From an uncultured delta proteobacterium (GTDB lineage Bacteria > Desulfobacterota > BSN033 > UBA1163): a stretch of 64,000 nt of DNA. The notes under the pieces are model-generated. The model had not been told where the DNA came from. It searched no databases and saw only the letters and a program-made list of their open reading frames with translations. This document shows, piece after piece, positions 49,060-58,523 of the stretch; position 1 is the first letter of the stretch; every line of letters starts with the position of its first letter. The translations under genes were made by a program, and so were the position numbers. Where the stretch lies: NCBI GenBank assembly GCA_963827685.1, contig CAWHBU010000003.1, positions 1,174,140 to 1,238,139 of the forward strand, read 5' to 3'.

Positions 49060-51432
49060 TTAGCAAAAGAAGGGAAATCTTTTCACTCGACCCCTTAAAT
49101 CCCTGCCCGCGGCAGGCGGGCTGGGCCCCTCGAACCCTTTTAATTCTTTTCTTAGGCGCTTCGCATCATAACCAACATGAATCAATATCTCTTCGGTTGC
49201 TTTCACGAGCATCTCCAGATATTTTTTGGCATCGTAGGTGTCGTCTGGCCCCACTAACGGAAAAGGCCTTACTCGCTCCGCCTTATCCTTGGACTCGGCA
49301 TCTTTGATCACATACCTCACCTTCTCTCCGGGATGGATCGGAATTCCAACATCCTCAAGCTCTTGAGCGGCAAGAGCAGTAAGGCTATCCACCTTGTAGG
49401 CACTGGGTTCCTGAGAGATCCTCTTCCCGATGGCCAGATCCTCGTTCTTCGCCTGTCCGTCCTTCAACATCAGACTATATTCGAGGAGAAGATCTAAAAT
49501 TTTGGGAATCTTCACCCGATAATCATCCATATCCTTTGCCTCTGCCAGAATCTCAAGCATTCGAAGCTGAGCCTCCTGAATCAGAGGAGGCATATCGCCT
49601 CGTCGAAAGGCTAATCCCCTCGCTTTGATCTTTCCGTTTTGAAAGAGTCCGAAATAACGGTTGGCCACCGGACTTTCTGGATTTCCCCTCGAAGGAAGAA
49701 AAGCCATCCATCGATAAATCCCCTCCAGACTCATCGTGATCCCGGTGGCCTCGCTAATCTTCTGACAGAGCTCAAGAACCTCCTCCTCTCTGAACCCTTT
49801 CTTACGAATCCAGAGGGAATCGGTAATGGCATGGAGAAGCTCGAACCCCTCCTCCTCGCAGATCTCCTTGGCTTGAAGAAGGCTTTCCCTCCCAAAAGCA
49901 GTGACCGCTTCATGGGCTTCAATTCTTCCAAAGCGAGCATTTCGATAACCTAAATATCCAAAGCATGTCACGAGCATCCACTTGAGCGCTGTCTGCTTTC
50001 GATTGTAGATTTCTCTTCTCTTTTCTTTATTTCTCATTTCCCCTTCCCAATCCTTTGTACTTTCTTTATTTATTCCGCATTCCGCAATTCGCAATTCGCA
50101 ATCTTCTTTGCCTACTGCCTTCTGCCTACTGCCTTCTGCTTCTTTTGCCATCCTCTTAAGCCATGCCCTTCTTGTTAAGATGGGCCTGAGCGTCTTGGGT
50201 ACGATTCCTTCCCTCTTCTCACAGATCGTATAACCCACCTCCGGCACGCTATGATTTTTACAACATCCGCAGAGTACGGTCTCCGGAGAGATATTGTGAA
50301 TCGCCATCATGGTGGGATACATCGAGGCGAAGTCAATCTCTGCCACATCTTCGAAGATCCCCAACTTTGGTTGGAAGACAAGGCCCCCTTTATCGGCAAC
50401 GAGCAGATCCCATGCCGTCTTGAATCGTTCCGGCTCCCCCTTTCTCCAGGGAATGAGGATGTCATCCTGAAAGGCTCGGTCGAGTTGCATCGAGGTGATC
50501 GCTGTTCCCGGAGAGGTACGGGCCATCCGTTGAACTGGGATTTTAGCCAATCGCGCCAGCTCGATCACTCCTTCCATCCCTGACTCTTCGTAGATGAAGG
50601 AGTTTCTACGATCGATGTGCCACCTTCCAAGAAAGAGATGGGCAGGGGCCCGGTAATAGGTCCGACCATAGGAGAAATAAGAAAAACCTCTTGGATGAAT
50701 CTGTCTTTTCACTGGATAAGGCTCCCGATCCCAGGGAATGGAGATTTTCCATCTCTTCTCTCCAGCAAAGAGAAGGGGCAAAAGAGAGGCATCCCCATCA
50801 TCACTCAGGATCACATCAGGGTCGAAATGTTTGAGAAACTTCTCGATCTCTCCGACATCGATCGTCTCCATCTCCACACGATACCCTTCACACTCCAGTA
50901 GGAGAGACTTCTTTCGAAGGGAGTCTCCATCCATTCGAAGCTCCATCACCCGAAGATCAGGAATGCCTTCATCGTCTATCCACACAGACTCGGATGGATC
51001 AGGACGAATTTCAAAGACTCGATTTCCTTCGACCTCGACAATGCATCGGCCTGTTGGAAAAATTTTTTTCTCGTAAAGATAAGTCTGGGGTAAAGGGATG
51101 TCACAATTGTAGAAGGTAATTTTCTCTTCCCATGGAAGGAGAATTCTGGGAAGTTGGGCATAATGGTCCGAATCGACAACCTCGACCTCGATCACTTCCA
51201 CTTCATCCCCACTCCAGAACTCCTTCTTTCTGGTCCACTGGTAGCCTGCTGCCTGCTGGCCTCTCTGGAGAGAGTGGAAGAGATCGAGAAGATCGCTCTT
51301 CTTTCCCTGGGCATAGAATCGAGGCCGGAAAGGACCTTCGAATCGGCGAAGCCTCCCATCCTCGCCCTTGATCCACAGGATCATCGAGGACTCCAGAGGA
51401 TAAAGATCGAAGAGCCGTCCTTTGATTTGCAT
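49060..51432 (-). CDS. Family B DNA polymerase, PolB2-like
   Basis: DFASMYP, KWMLVTCFGY, variant motif C HAITDS; exonuclease motifs not recognisable. Confidence 0.88.
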   Translation of the reverse strand: MQIKGRLFDLYPLESSMILWIKGEDGRLRRFEGPFRPRFYAQGKKSDLLDLFHSLQRGQQAAGYQWTRKKEFWSGDEVEVIEVEVVDSDHYAQLPRILLPWEEKITFYNCDIPLPQTYLYEKKIFPTGRCIVEVEGNRVFEIRPDPSESVWIDDEGIPDLRVMELRMDGDSLRKKSLLLECEGYRVEMETIDVGEIEKFLKHFDPDVILSDDGDASLLPLLFAGEKRWKISIPWDREPYPVKRQIHPRGFSYFSYGRTYYRAPAHLFLGRWHIDRRNSFIYEESGMEGVIELARLAKIPVQRMARTSPGTAITSMQLDRAFQDDILIPWRKGEPERFKTAWDLLVADKGGLVFQPKLGIFEDVAEIDFASMYPTMMAIHNISPETVLCGCCKNHSVPEVGYTICEKREGIVPKTLRPILTRRAWLKRMAKEAEGSRQKAVGKEDCELRIAECGINKESTKDWEGEMRNKEKRREIYNRKQTALKWMLVTCFGYLGYRNARFGRIEAHEAVTAFGRESLLQAKEICEEEGFELLHAITDSLWIRKKGFREEEVLELCQKISEATGITMSLEGIYRWMAFLPSRGNPESPVANRYFGLFQNGKIKARGLAFRRGDMPPLIQEAQLRMLEILAEAKDMDDYRVKIPKILDLLLEYSLMLKDGQAKNEDLAIGKRISQEPSAYKVDSLTALAAQELEDVGIPIHPGEKVRYVIKDAESKDKAERVRPFPLVGPDDTYDAKKYLEMLVKATEEILIHVGYDAKRLRKELKGFEGPSPPAAGRDLRGRVKRFPFFC

Positions 51433-51469
51433 GGGGATAAACGTGTCCGTGATCCGTGTCCGAAACCTA

Positions 51470-51760
51470 TTAAATTTTTTCTTGATGAACCAGTTGGTCT
51501 GTTTTTCCCTCCAAGGCCTTCAGCTTGGCCCTCAAGTCGACCAAGGCCTTTTCATGTTCGAGGAGAATGGAGATCAGAATCGTCTCAAAGGGCCAGGGTC
51601 TCGAAGCATAGACCCCAGCTTGCACATGAAGCCTTGCCTCTTCAAAGAGCCGATCGAGAAACTGCTGATCTTCTTTTCTCAGTCCTCTCCGAAATTTTCT
51701 CCACTCCTGGACTTCCTGTTCCAGAACCCTACTAAAAGGAAGAACTGTTCTTCCCATCAC
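51470..51760 (-). CDS. Small helical PolB2-associated protein
   Basis: MGRTVLPF...WRKFRRGLRKEDQ..D.LF; position between the recA-like gene and polB. Confidence 0.7.
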   Translation of the reverse strand: MMGRTVLPFSRVLEQEVQEWRKFRRGLRKEDQQFLDRLFEEARLHVQAGVYASRPWPFETILISILLEHEKALVDLRAKLKALEGKTDQLVHQEKI

Positions 51761-51807
51761 TCGTGCTCCGTGTCCGTGACTCGTGACAATTAAATTTCAC
51801 CCTTCTT

Positions 51808-51980
51808 TGTCATTCCTGCCCCGATTTTCATCGGGATAAACTCCAGCAGAGCCTGCCCCGCACTTGATGCGGGGAATCCATGTCTTTCTACTGGTTCCCT
51901 GTTTTCACAGGGACAAGTCTGGATTCCCGTTTACACGCCTGTGCGCTGAAGCGCTTCTGCACGCAAGCACGGGAATGACA
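51808..51980. repeat. REP/MITE-like palindromic element
   Basis: TGTCATTCC...GGGAATCC...GGATTCCC...GGAATGACA with nested hairpins. Confidence 0.75.
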
Positions 51981-51986
51981 GAATCG

Positions 51987-52619
51987 TTAGGACGAGGGGT
52001 TTTCTATCTGCAATCTGCCATTTGCAATCTCTTTTTCTAAGATGACTTTTAGCTCTTGATCCTCCAGAGATATTTTCCAGACCAGATTAGAAAATTGAAA
52101 GAGTCTTCTCATAAGATAAGCTCTCTTTAAATCAGAGAATTCAGAAGACTGGAATAGAAGAAAAGGAATTCCTCTCGAAGCCATCTCTTCTATCTTTCTC
52201 AGAGATCTTTCAAAGAGAGGACGAACCTCTCTCTCAGGCACATCTTCATCCAAAAAGGTGGTGAGCGGTCCCAGAAGGATCACCCATGGCTTTTGCGGTA
52301 GCTCAGTTGTCCCCTTTCGTCTCAGCAATAAGGTCAATTGCTCTCCCATCAGAGTGGCCATCTGATAGCAGGTAAAGGCCCTTGCGATCCGAATGCTCTT
52401 GAGAAGCTTCTCCGGAGGAATCAATGCCCTCCTTGCGAAGGATGAAACCGTATAGGAGTTGAACCGATTGGCTCCGTCTAATACGATCACCTCTATTCCT
52501 TTTCCCGCCAGCCATCCCGCCACATAGGATGAAATTTCTTCTGCCCTCTCCCCACAAAAAAGAACTTTTCTTGGAGAGACGGGTTGAGCGGGTAGACCGA
52601 CCCGTGTCAGTTGCAACAA
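51987..52619 (-). CDS. Inactive RecA/RadA-fold protein (ImuA-like role)
   Basis: VIVLDGANRFN...IRIARAFTCYQ; no intact Walker A. Confidence 0.72.
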   Translation of the reverse strand: MLQLTRVGLPAQPVSPRKVLFCGERAEEISSYVAGWLAGKGIEVIVLDGANRFNSYTVSSFARRALIPPEKLLKSIRIARAFTCYQMATLMGEQLTLLLRRKGTTELPQKPWVILLGPLTTFLDEDVPEREVRPLFERSLRKIEEMASRGIPFLLFQSSEFSDLKRAYLMRRLFQFSNLVWKISLEDQELKVILEKEIANGRLQIENPSS

Positions 52620-52696
52620 AATTTCATCGAAAGAATCCTTCCTTCGGAAGATAGTTCGGAGTTAGGAGTTCGGAGTTCAAAATCCATAATTCGGAG

Positions 52697-53083
52697 TTAG
52701 GAATCCGGAGTTTTCTTCGAAACTTTTTTCAGAGAGTTAATTAATCCGTTTATCATTTTCGATAGTTCTAAACAAAAACTTCGCGATCGTTGCCTAATCT
52801 TTTCATCAATAAATTTCTGTCTGTACGAAATTTCAGTAACCGCAACGCATTCTCTTGCAGATCTCCTTGCTATCTTGAGGAATCGATTGAACTCCTCTTT
52901 ACTCCCTCCGCTCCCTTCTACAATGTTCAAGCAGATTGATATGGAAGCCCTTTTAAATTGATCTACTAAGGAAAAAACTTCTGTTTTTGGGAAATTTTTC
53001 GTAATCTCATAAACAAAATCAACATATTCAAGAGCCTTTTGATAGACTTTCAAATTTTCAAAATCAAATCTCTCTTCACCCAT
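52697..53083 (-). CDS. Four-helix-bundle protein (23S rRNA IVP/bAvd-like)
   Basis: FENLKVYQKA, FPKTE.F.L.DQ.KRA..SI..NIVEG; flanked by GAGTTCG heptamer tracts. Confidence 0.9.
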   Translation of the reverse strand: MGEERFDFENLKVYQKALEYVDFVYEITKNFPKTEVFSLVDQFKRASISICLNIVEGSGGSKEEFNRFLKIARRSARECVAVTEISYRQKFIDEKIRQRSRSFCLELSKMINGLINSLKKVSKKTPDS

Positions 53084-53213
53084 AATCCCTTCCCCTTTCA
53101 GATAGAAGTAATGAGTTCGGAGTTCAGAGTTCGGAGCAAAAACTTAAAACTAAAAACTCTGAACTATATATTCCTGACTAATCACTCCCAATCCATTATC
53201 TCCGAACTATTAT

Positions 53214-53882
53214 TTAGACTTTTCTGAACACCCCGATGACTTTTCCAAGAATCCGAACTTCTCCTGATCCTTCTTCAATCTGAATCGTCTCCCAGCGCTC
53301 GTTGTCCGGCTTCAATTCGATTTTCCACCCCTTTTTGAAAAACCGCTTCACCGTTGCCTCCTCCCCCATCAGGGTCACCACCACATCCCCATTCTCTGCC
53401 GAAGGTTGGGACCGAACGACAACATAGTCATCAGGGAGGATATAGGGGAACATACTGTCGCCCTTTACTTTCAGAAGGAAGACCTCTTTTCCTTTCACCC
53501 ATTCCGTAGGAAGCGGAATCGTTCCTTCCACATGTTCTACGGCCAAGGTGGGTTTCCCTGCGGCCACCCTGCCTAAGATTGGAATCTCCCGACTCAATGG
53601 CTTTCCTTCTTTCTTTAGGTGTTCCCCATACGGTCCAGCCCGCTGGTATGAACCATGCGATTCATATCCTTGAAAAACGAGTATTTCAAGGCCTCTGGAC
53701 ATCGAACCCCTCCGTTTCAGATAGCCCTTTCTCTCCAACGCCTTGAGATGATCAAAGGCTGCTCGGGGATAAATATCGAAGTGCTCGCCAATCTCCCTTA
53801 CCGAAGGGGGATAACCTCTCTCTTTGATAAATCCCTTAATAAAATTGAATATCTCTCTCTGCCGGGATGTCAGTTCCATCAT
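53214..53882 (-). CDS. lexA: SOS repressor LexA
   Basis: GYPPSVREI, VAAG cleavage site, GDSM and ATVK. Confidence 0.95.
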   Translation of the reverse strand: MMELTSRQREIFNFIKGFIKERGYPPSVREIGEHFDIYPRAAFDHLKALERKGYLKRRGSMSRGLEILVFQGYESHGSYQRAGPYGEHLKKEGKPLSREIPILGRVAAGKPTLAVEHVEGTIPLPTEWVKGKEVFLLKVKGDSMFPYILPDDYVVVRSQPSAENGDVVVTLMGEEATVKRFFKKGWKIELKPDNERWETIQIEEGSGEVRILGKVIGVFRKV

Positions 53883-53974
53883 TCCCCTTTTTAATTCACG
53901 GCCTTCATTGTTAAATCTTTGCTCCGAACTCCCTGGTCGTAACGACCGAACTCATCACTCCGAACTGTAATTTA

Positions 53975-54003
53975 CTAATACTATACATTTGTTTAGTTGT
54001 CAA
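53975..54003 (-). promoter_or_regulatory. lexA promoter with a candidate SOS box in the spacer
   Basis: Minus-strand TTGACA (54003-53998); near-palindrome CTATACATTTGTTTAG at 53981-53996. Confidence 0.7.
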
Positions 54004-54152
54004 GAGGGTTTTTGGGGACAATTACAAAATTCTTATTACTTTGTGATTCTATTAAAGGAGTCTAAGATATGAAAAAATTTGTTGATTTCGCCATTGTATT
54101 TCGTTCGATGTATAAGTTAAAATTACATATTTAATGGAAAAAGAATTCAGCG

Positions 54153-54806
54153 ATGTGGGAGGGCCTTAAGGAAGACATCCGAACCATTAAAGACAGAGAT
54201 CCTGCGGCGAAAAACGTTGTGGAGATTTTCCTCTGTTATCCGGGCCTCCATGCGATCTGGCTCCACCGCATTGCCCATGCTCTTTATCAAAGGAAATGGT
54301 TTACGACTGCTCGTTTGGTTTCTCATTTTAGCCGCGGGTTCACAGGGATTGAGATTCACCCCGGTGCGAAAATCGGCAGGCGGCTCTTTATCGACCACGG
54401 AATGGGGGTGGTCATTGGAGAGACAAGCGAGATCGGCGATGACTGCCTGATTTATAAAGGCGTTGTGCTGGGCGGCACCACGCTTGAAAGAAAGAAACGT
54501 CATCCCACCCTGGGAAACCGTGTAATTATAGGCTCCAATTCCACTGTCTTAGGAGCGATCACCATTGGCGATGGGGCAAGAATTGGCTCTGGATCTGTGG
54601 TGGTTAAACCCGTTCCAGCGGGTGCCACCGTCGTGGGTGTGCCCGGCCGCATTGTGGAATCCCTGACTCCAGAAAAGGAAGAACTCGATTTCGAACATGG
54701 AAATCTTCCGGACCCATTGTCTGATATCATGAAGATGCTTCTCCAGCTTCACAGTAAGTTAGAGGAAAGAGTGAAGCGATTGGAGAACCAAGAGAAAAAA
54801 GATTAA
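54153..54806 (+). CDS. cysE: Serine O-acetyltransferase
   Basis: DPAA, YPGLHA, GIEIHPGA, FIDHGMGVVIGET and KRHPT. Confidence 0.95.
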   Translation: MWEGLKEDIRTIKDRDPAAKNVVEIFLCYPGLHAIWLHRIAHALYQRKWFTTARLVSHFSRGFTGIEIHPGAKIGRRLFIDHGMGVVIGETSEIGDDCLIYKGVVLGGTTLERKKRHPTLGNRVIIGSNSTVLGAITIGDGARIGSGSVVVKPVPAGATVVGVPGRIVESLTPEKEELDFEHGNLPDPLSDIMKMLLQLHSKLEERVKRLENQEKKD

Positions 54807-54839
54807 GCGAAATAACATTCAGGTTAAGATTTGAAGTGA

Positions 54840-54930
54840 ACCCCGTTAGAAATTCCAACGAGGCATTGAACCCCGCCGGAATTATTCAGAATGTAACCCC
54901 GCTATAGCGGACCATTATTTCTAACGGGGT
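54840..54930. mobile_element. MITE-like element
   Basis: Perfect 14-bp terminal IR ACCCCGTTAGAAAT/ATTTCTAACGGGGT. Confidence 0.75.
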
Positions 54931-54961
54931 AAACCGCAATTAAATTCAGGCGGTGCGAAAC

Positions 54962-55381
54962 ATGGCCAAATATCCAAAATTTTTGATGGAACATTTCCAA
55001 AATCCACAAAATGTGGGGGAAATTTCTGATCCGGATGGTGTCGGTACAGTCGGGAACGCCACTTGTGGGGACATTATGCAGATGTTCATCAAAGTCAATG
55101 GCGATAGGATTATCGAGGCTAAGTTTAAGACCTTTGGCTGCGGCGCTGCGATCGCCACCAGCTCTATTCTGACAGAGCGGATCAAAGGAGCCACGCTGGA
55201 TGAAGCCTTGAAAATATCGGAGGAGACTTCCAGGGAGGTCCTTGCCCAATTGCCCAAAGAAAAAGTTCCCTGCTTCACTCTGGCTACCGACGCTTTAAAA
55301 TTGGCGATCGAGGAGTACCGTTGCAAACAGACAGGAGTTCACAAGGGGGGGTTCGATATGAGAGAGATGGAGTTGGAATAA
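54962..55381 (+). CDS. iscU: Fe-S scaffold, IscU/NifU-N family
   Basis: HFQNPQNVG, CGD, FGCGAAIA and third Cys in KVPC. Confidence 0.88.
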   Translation: MAKYPKFLMEHFQNPQNVGEISDPDGVGTVGNATCGDIMQMFIKVNGDRIIEAKFKTFGCGAAIATSSILTERIKGATLDEALKISEETSREVLAQLPKEKVPCFTLATDALKLAIEEYRCKQTGVHKGGFDMREMELE

Positions 55382-55394
55382 GAAGGACGATCTC

Positions 55395-56303
55395 ATGACC
55401 AAAGAAGAAAAGGTCGTTTTCCTCAAGAATCCGAATAATGTTCTGGAACAACTCATTAAAAACTTTCTCAACGAGGCTGGACCAAATCGAAGAACCCAAC
55501 TGGATCACGGAATTTATTGGGAAGAACCTTTAGTAGGATTTGCCTCGGGGATGGACCCTCTCTTTTCTGAATATAAAACTATCATCGGCCCCTTCCACCT
55601 CACTCCAAGAGAGATCATTTCAGCAGCTCTGAAAGAGAGACGGAGAGGTCTTCTCTTTACCGAAATTGAACAGATTAGCGTCATTTCATGGGTCCTCCCC
55701 GCCTCTGAAGATACCCGCAAAAGCAATCGTCAGGAAAAACAATTCCCATCCAAACTCTGGGCATATACCAGAGATTTTGGGGAAGCTTGTAATGGCGCCC
55801 TCAAAAAACATGTCGTAACCTTTCTGGAGGATTTAGGGCATGTTGCCGTGGCACCTACTCTCTCCCCAACGTTTCAGTATTTAAGGGATGAGAAGACGGG
55901 TTGGGCTTCTCCGTGGTCTGAACGCCACATTGCCTATGCCTGCGGTCTTGGGACCTTTAGCCTTAATGACGGTCTCATCACGCCAAAGGGAATGGCCGTC
56001 CGATTCGGAAGCGTGGTCACCCTACTGAAGCTGGCACCGAGTGAGAAGAAATATCGACACCACCGAGAAAACTGTCTCCAGTTTCGAAACGAAAAGTGTG
56101 GGAGGTGCATCCCGAGATGTCCAGCCGGCGCGATTACGGAAAAAGGGCATGACAAGGACAAATGTTATGAATATATCCGTTCCGAGTCTCTCCGGGCAAA
56201 GCGGTTGGAATATGGGCTGCAAAACCCTCACCCTTCCTGTGGCCTCTGTCAAACCGACGTTCCCTGTGAATTTGAAATCCCAAGGCCAAACCTGATCGCT
56301 TGA
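55395..56303 (+). CDS. QueG/epoxyqueuosine-reductase-like Fe-S protein
   Basis: WSERHIAYACGLGTF, C..CGRCIPRCP and CGLCQTDVPC. Confidence 0.75.
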   Translation: MTKEEKVVFLKNPNNVLEQLIKNFLNEAGPNRRTQLDHGIYWEEPLVGFASGMDPLFSEYKTIIGPFHLTPREIISAALKERRRGLLFTEIEQISVISWVLPASEDTRKSNRQEKQFPSKLWAYTRDFGEACNGALKKHVVTFLEDLGHVAVAPTLSPTFQYLRDEKTGWASPWSERHIAYACGLGTFSLNDGLITPKGMAVRFGSVVTLLKLAPSEKKYRHHRENCLQFRNEKCGRCIPRCPAGAITEKGHDKDKCYEYIRSESLRAKRLEYGLQNPHPSCGLCQTDVPCEFEIPRPNLIA

Positions 56304-56394
56304 GATCCGAATGAAGTTGCGAGAGGGTTAAGGGTGGAGGTTGAAGGCTAAATTTTTCTGAAGAACGCACTTCAATATACCCAAAAGGTGAGCG

Positions 56395-57945
56395 ATGAGA
56401 AGACTGGTAGCTTTTCTTTTCTGTATGATTCTCCTTTCCTGGCCTATCCATGGGATGGCCCAACAACCCCCTTCTTCTATTCAAATCTATTTCTTCTATT
56501 CCGAGGATTGTCAACCCTGTCAGGTCATTCTCCGGAGTTATCTTCCAACACTGAAGACGATGGTCCCCGCCCTCGAAGTCAAAACGTTCGACGTAGGCAA
56601 CCCAGCCTATTATCAGGTGCTAACCAAACTTGAAGAAAAGTTTGGCCATGTAGGAGGTGAACTCCCTATCGTCTTCGTTGGGGATCGAATGCTTTCCGGA
56701 GAGATGGAGATTATGGACAAACTAAATCCCCTTCTCCTGGAGGTTCAGGCGAAAGGGGGTGCCTCCCCTCCTCCTATTGAAATCCCATCCATGGCCAAAC
56801 CCTCCCAAAAAGGTTTCACAGTCGATCTTGACTATTTTTATCAGAGGGGATGTCCAAAATGTGACCGCGCAAACGTCCTTCTCAAATATGTGGCCAAGAA
56901 GTATCCCCAATTGAATATCAAAGAGATTGACCTCAACACACCGGATGGGAAGCGTTTGAACGAAACCCTGTCCAACCGACTCAATCTCCCCATGGAGAAA
57001 CGTTTGATCGCACCAAGTATTTTTATTGGAAGCGATTATCTCTCTCCAGATGACATCACAGAATCCAAGGTGGAGATATCGATCCAGAAATACGAGTCAG
57101 CAATACCCTCACCTGTCCGCGGAACAAGCTCTCCGGCAGACGGGCCACCACCCACACCAGACGAGATTAAAAGAGCGGAAGAATCAATCATAGCACGCTT
57201 TAAATCCTTTGGAGTCCTGGCCATCCTCTTGGCAGGCTTGATTGAAGGAATGAATCCATGTGCCTTAGCCACTCTGGTTTTTTTCATTTCCTATCTCACC
57301 ATGGTTGGCCGAAAACGAAAAGAGATCTTCTGGGTGGGGCTGGGTTTTTCAGGAATAGGCTTTGTTACCCATTTATTCCTCGGCCTTGGAATTCTAAGTT
57401 TCATCAGGCATCTCTCATTTTTACCTCTGTTCTCACAAATCGTTTACTTTATCACTTTCGTATTCGCCCTTCTCCTTGGAATCTTTAGCCTTTACGATTA
57501 CATCCAACTGAAGAAGGGACGACCTGCCAAGATGAAGCTTCAGGTTCCAGATTTTTTGAAAAAGAAGATCCATCAGATCATCCGGATAAGAAGTGATGAC
57601 CTGGAGGCGAATAAGGGAAGCACGTCAATCCGTTTCTTGCTTGCTGCCGTCGTGATTGGTTTCATTGTCACCCTTTTACAATCGACTTGTACAAGCCAGG
57701 TCTACCTCCCCACGATCCTTTTTGTTACGAATATCCCATCACTCAGGGGGAGTGCTGTTTTGTATGTCATTTTGTATAACCTTGTCTATATCCTTCCATT
57801 ATTGGCGATCTTTGGGATAGTCTACTGGGGAGTCACTTCGGAACAGCTTTCCTTTTTCCTCCAGAAGAGGGCATCCACCATCAAGCTCCTCACCTCTGCT
57901 TTCTTTTTCGCCCTGGCAGGAATATTGATTTTGAGCTTGATATAA
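56395..57945 (+). CDS. Double glutaredoxin-like domain + CcdA/DsbD-type membrane domain
   Basis: Signal peptide, CQPC and CPKC, then TM region with NPC and CTSQVY. Confidence 0.8.
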   Translation: MRRLVAFLFCMILLSWPIHGMAQQPPSSIQIYFFYSEDCQPCQVILRSYLPTLKTMVPALEVKTFDVGNPAYYQVLTKLEEKFGHVGGELPIVFVGDRMLSGEMEIMDKLNPLLLEVQAKGGASPPPIEIPSMAKPSQKGFTVDLDYFYQRGCPKCDRANVLLKYVAKKYPQLNIKEIDLNTPDGKRLNETLSNRLNLPMEKRLIAPSIFIGSDYLSPDDITESKVEISIQKYESAIPSPVRGTSSPADGPPPTPDEIKRAEESIIARFKSFGVLAILLAGLIEGMNPCALATLVFFISYLTMVGRKRKEIFWVGLGFSGIGFVTHLFLGLGILSFIRHLSFLPLFSQIVYFITFVFALLLGIFSLYDYIQLKKGRPAKMKLQVPDFLKKKIHQIIRIRSDDLEANKGSTSIRFLLAAVVIGFIVTLLQSTCTSQVYLPTILFVTNIPSLRGSAVLYVILYNLVYILPLLAIFGIVYWGVTSEQLSFFLQKRASTIKLLTSAFFFALAGILILSLI

Positions 57946-57954
57946 GTCATAAAG

Positions 57955-58509
57955 ATGCTACTCGAATCCTATCAAATTACCCGTATCCTTCCTTGTCTGG
58001 CCGATCCGGAGAAGATCCGAGTGATCGCTGAGGTATCGGGTGAGATTTACGAAGCCTTCCCTTATCTGAACGCCATCTTAAGAGGATGTATCTATAATCA
58101 TCCAGCGTTGACATTAACCATTAAAAAGGACGGAAAATTGTTTACCCTGCATGCCCGCCATATTACCTTAGCCAAAATCGAAGACGAGAAAGAGGCTGAA
58201 GAAGTTCTGAGATGGTTGAAGAATCTGATCAACGAAACATATGAGAGCAGAGATCGAATCGAACCCAACTTCTCAAAAGGGGCAGAGCTGAAGGCATTGG
58301 ATATTTATAAGCTCCTCCCCGGCACAAGTTGTAAAAAGTGTGGAGAATTGACCTGCCTTGCTTTTGCCGTCAAATTGGTAGGCCAGGAGATTGAGCTTGG
58401 AAAATGTGTTCCTCTCTTTTCAGATGAATATCAGGGGAAGCGCAACGTCCTGCTTGAACTTCTCCATGCGGCCGGATATGATGTTTCTCTATTTTCTCCA
58501 GGGAGTTGA
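57955..58509 (+). CDS. (Fe-S)-binding protein
   Basis: LLPGTSCKKCGELTCLAFA...C putative Fe-S domain. Confidence 0.8.
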   Translation: MLLESYQITRILPCLADPEKIRVIAEVSGEIYEAFPYLNAILRGCIYNHPALTLTIKKDGKLFTLHARHITLAKIEDEKEAEEVLRWLKNLINETYESRDRIEPNFSKGAELKALDIYKLLPGTSCKKCGELTCLAFAVKLVGQEIELGKCVPLFSDEYQGKRNVLLELLHAAGYDVSLFSPGS

Positions 58510-58523
58510 GAAAGATAGAAAAC

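Noticed and set aside
52697-53083. Diversity-generating retroelement (Avd-like gene)
   Set aside because: No reverse transcriptase is in the window, and I found no template/variable repeat pair with adenine-specific differences.
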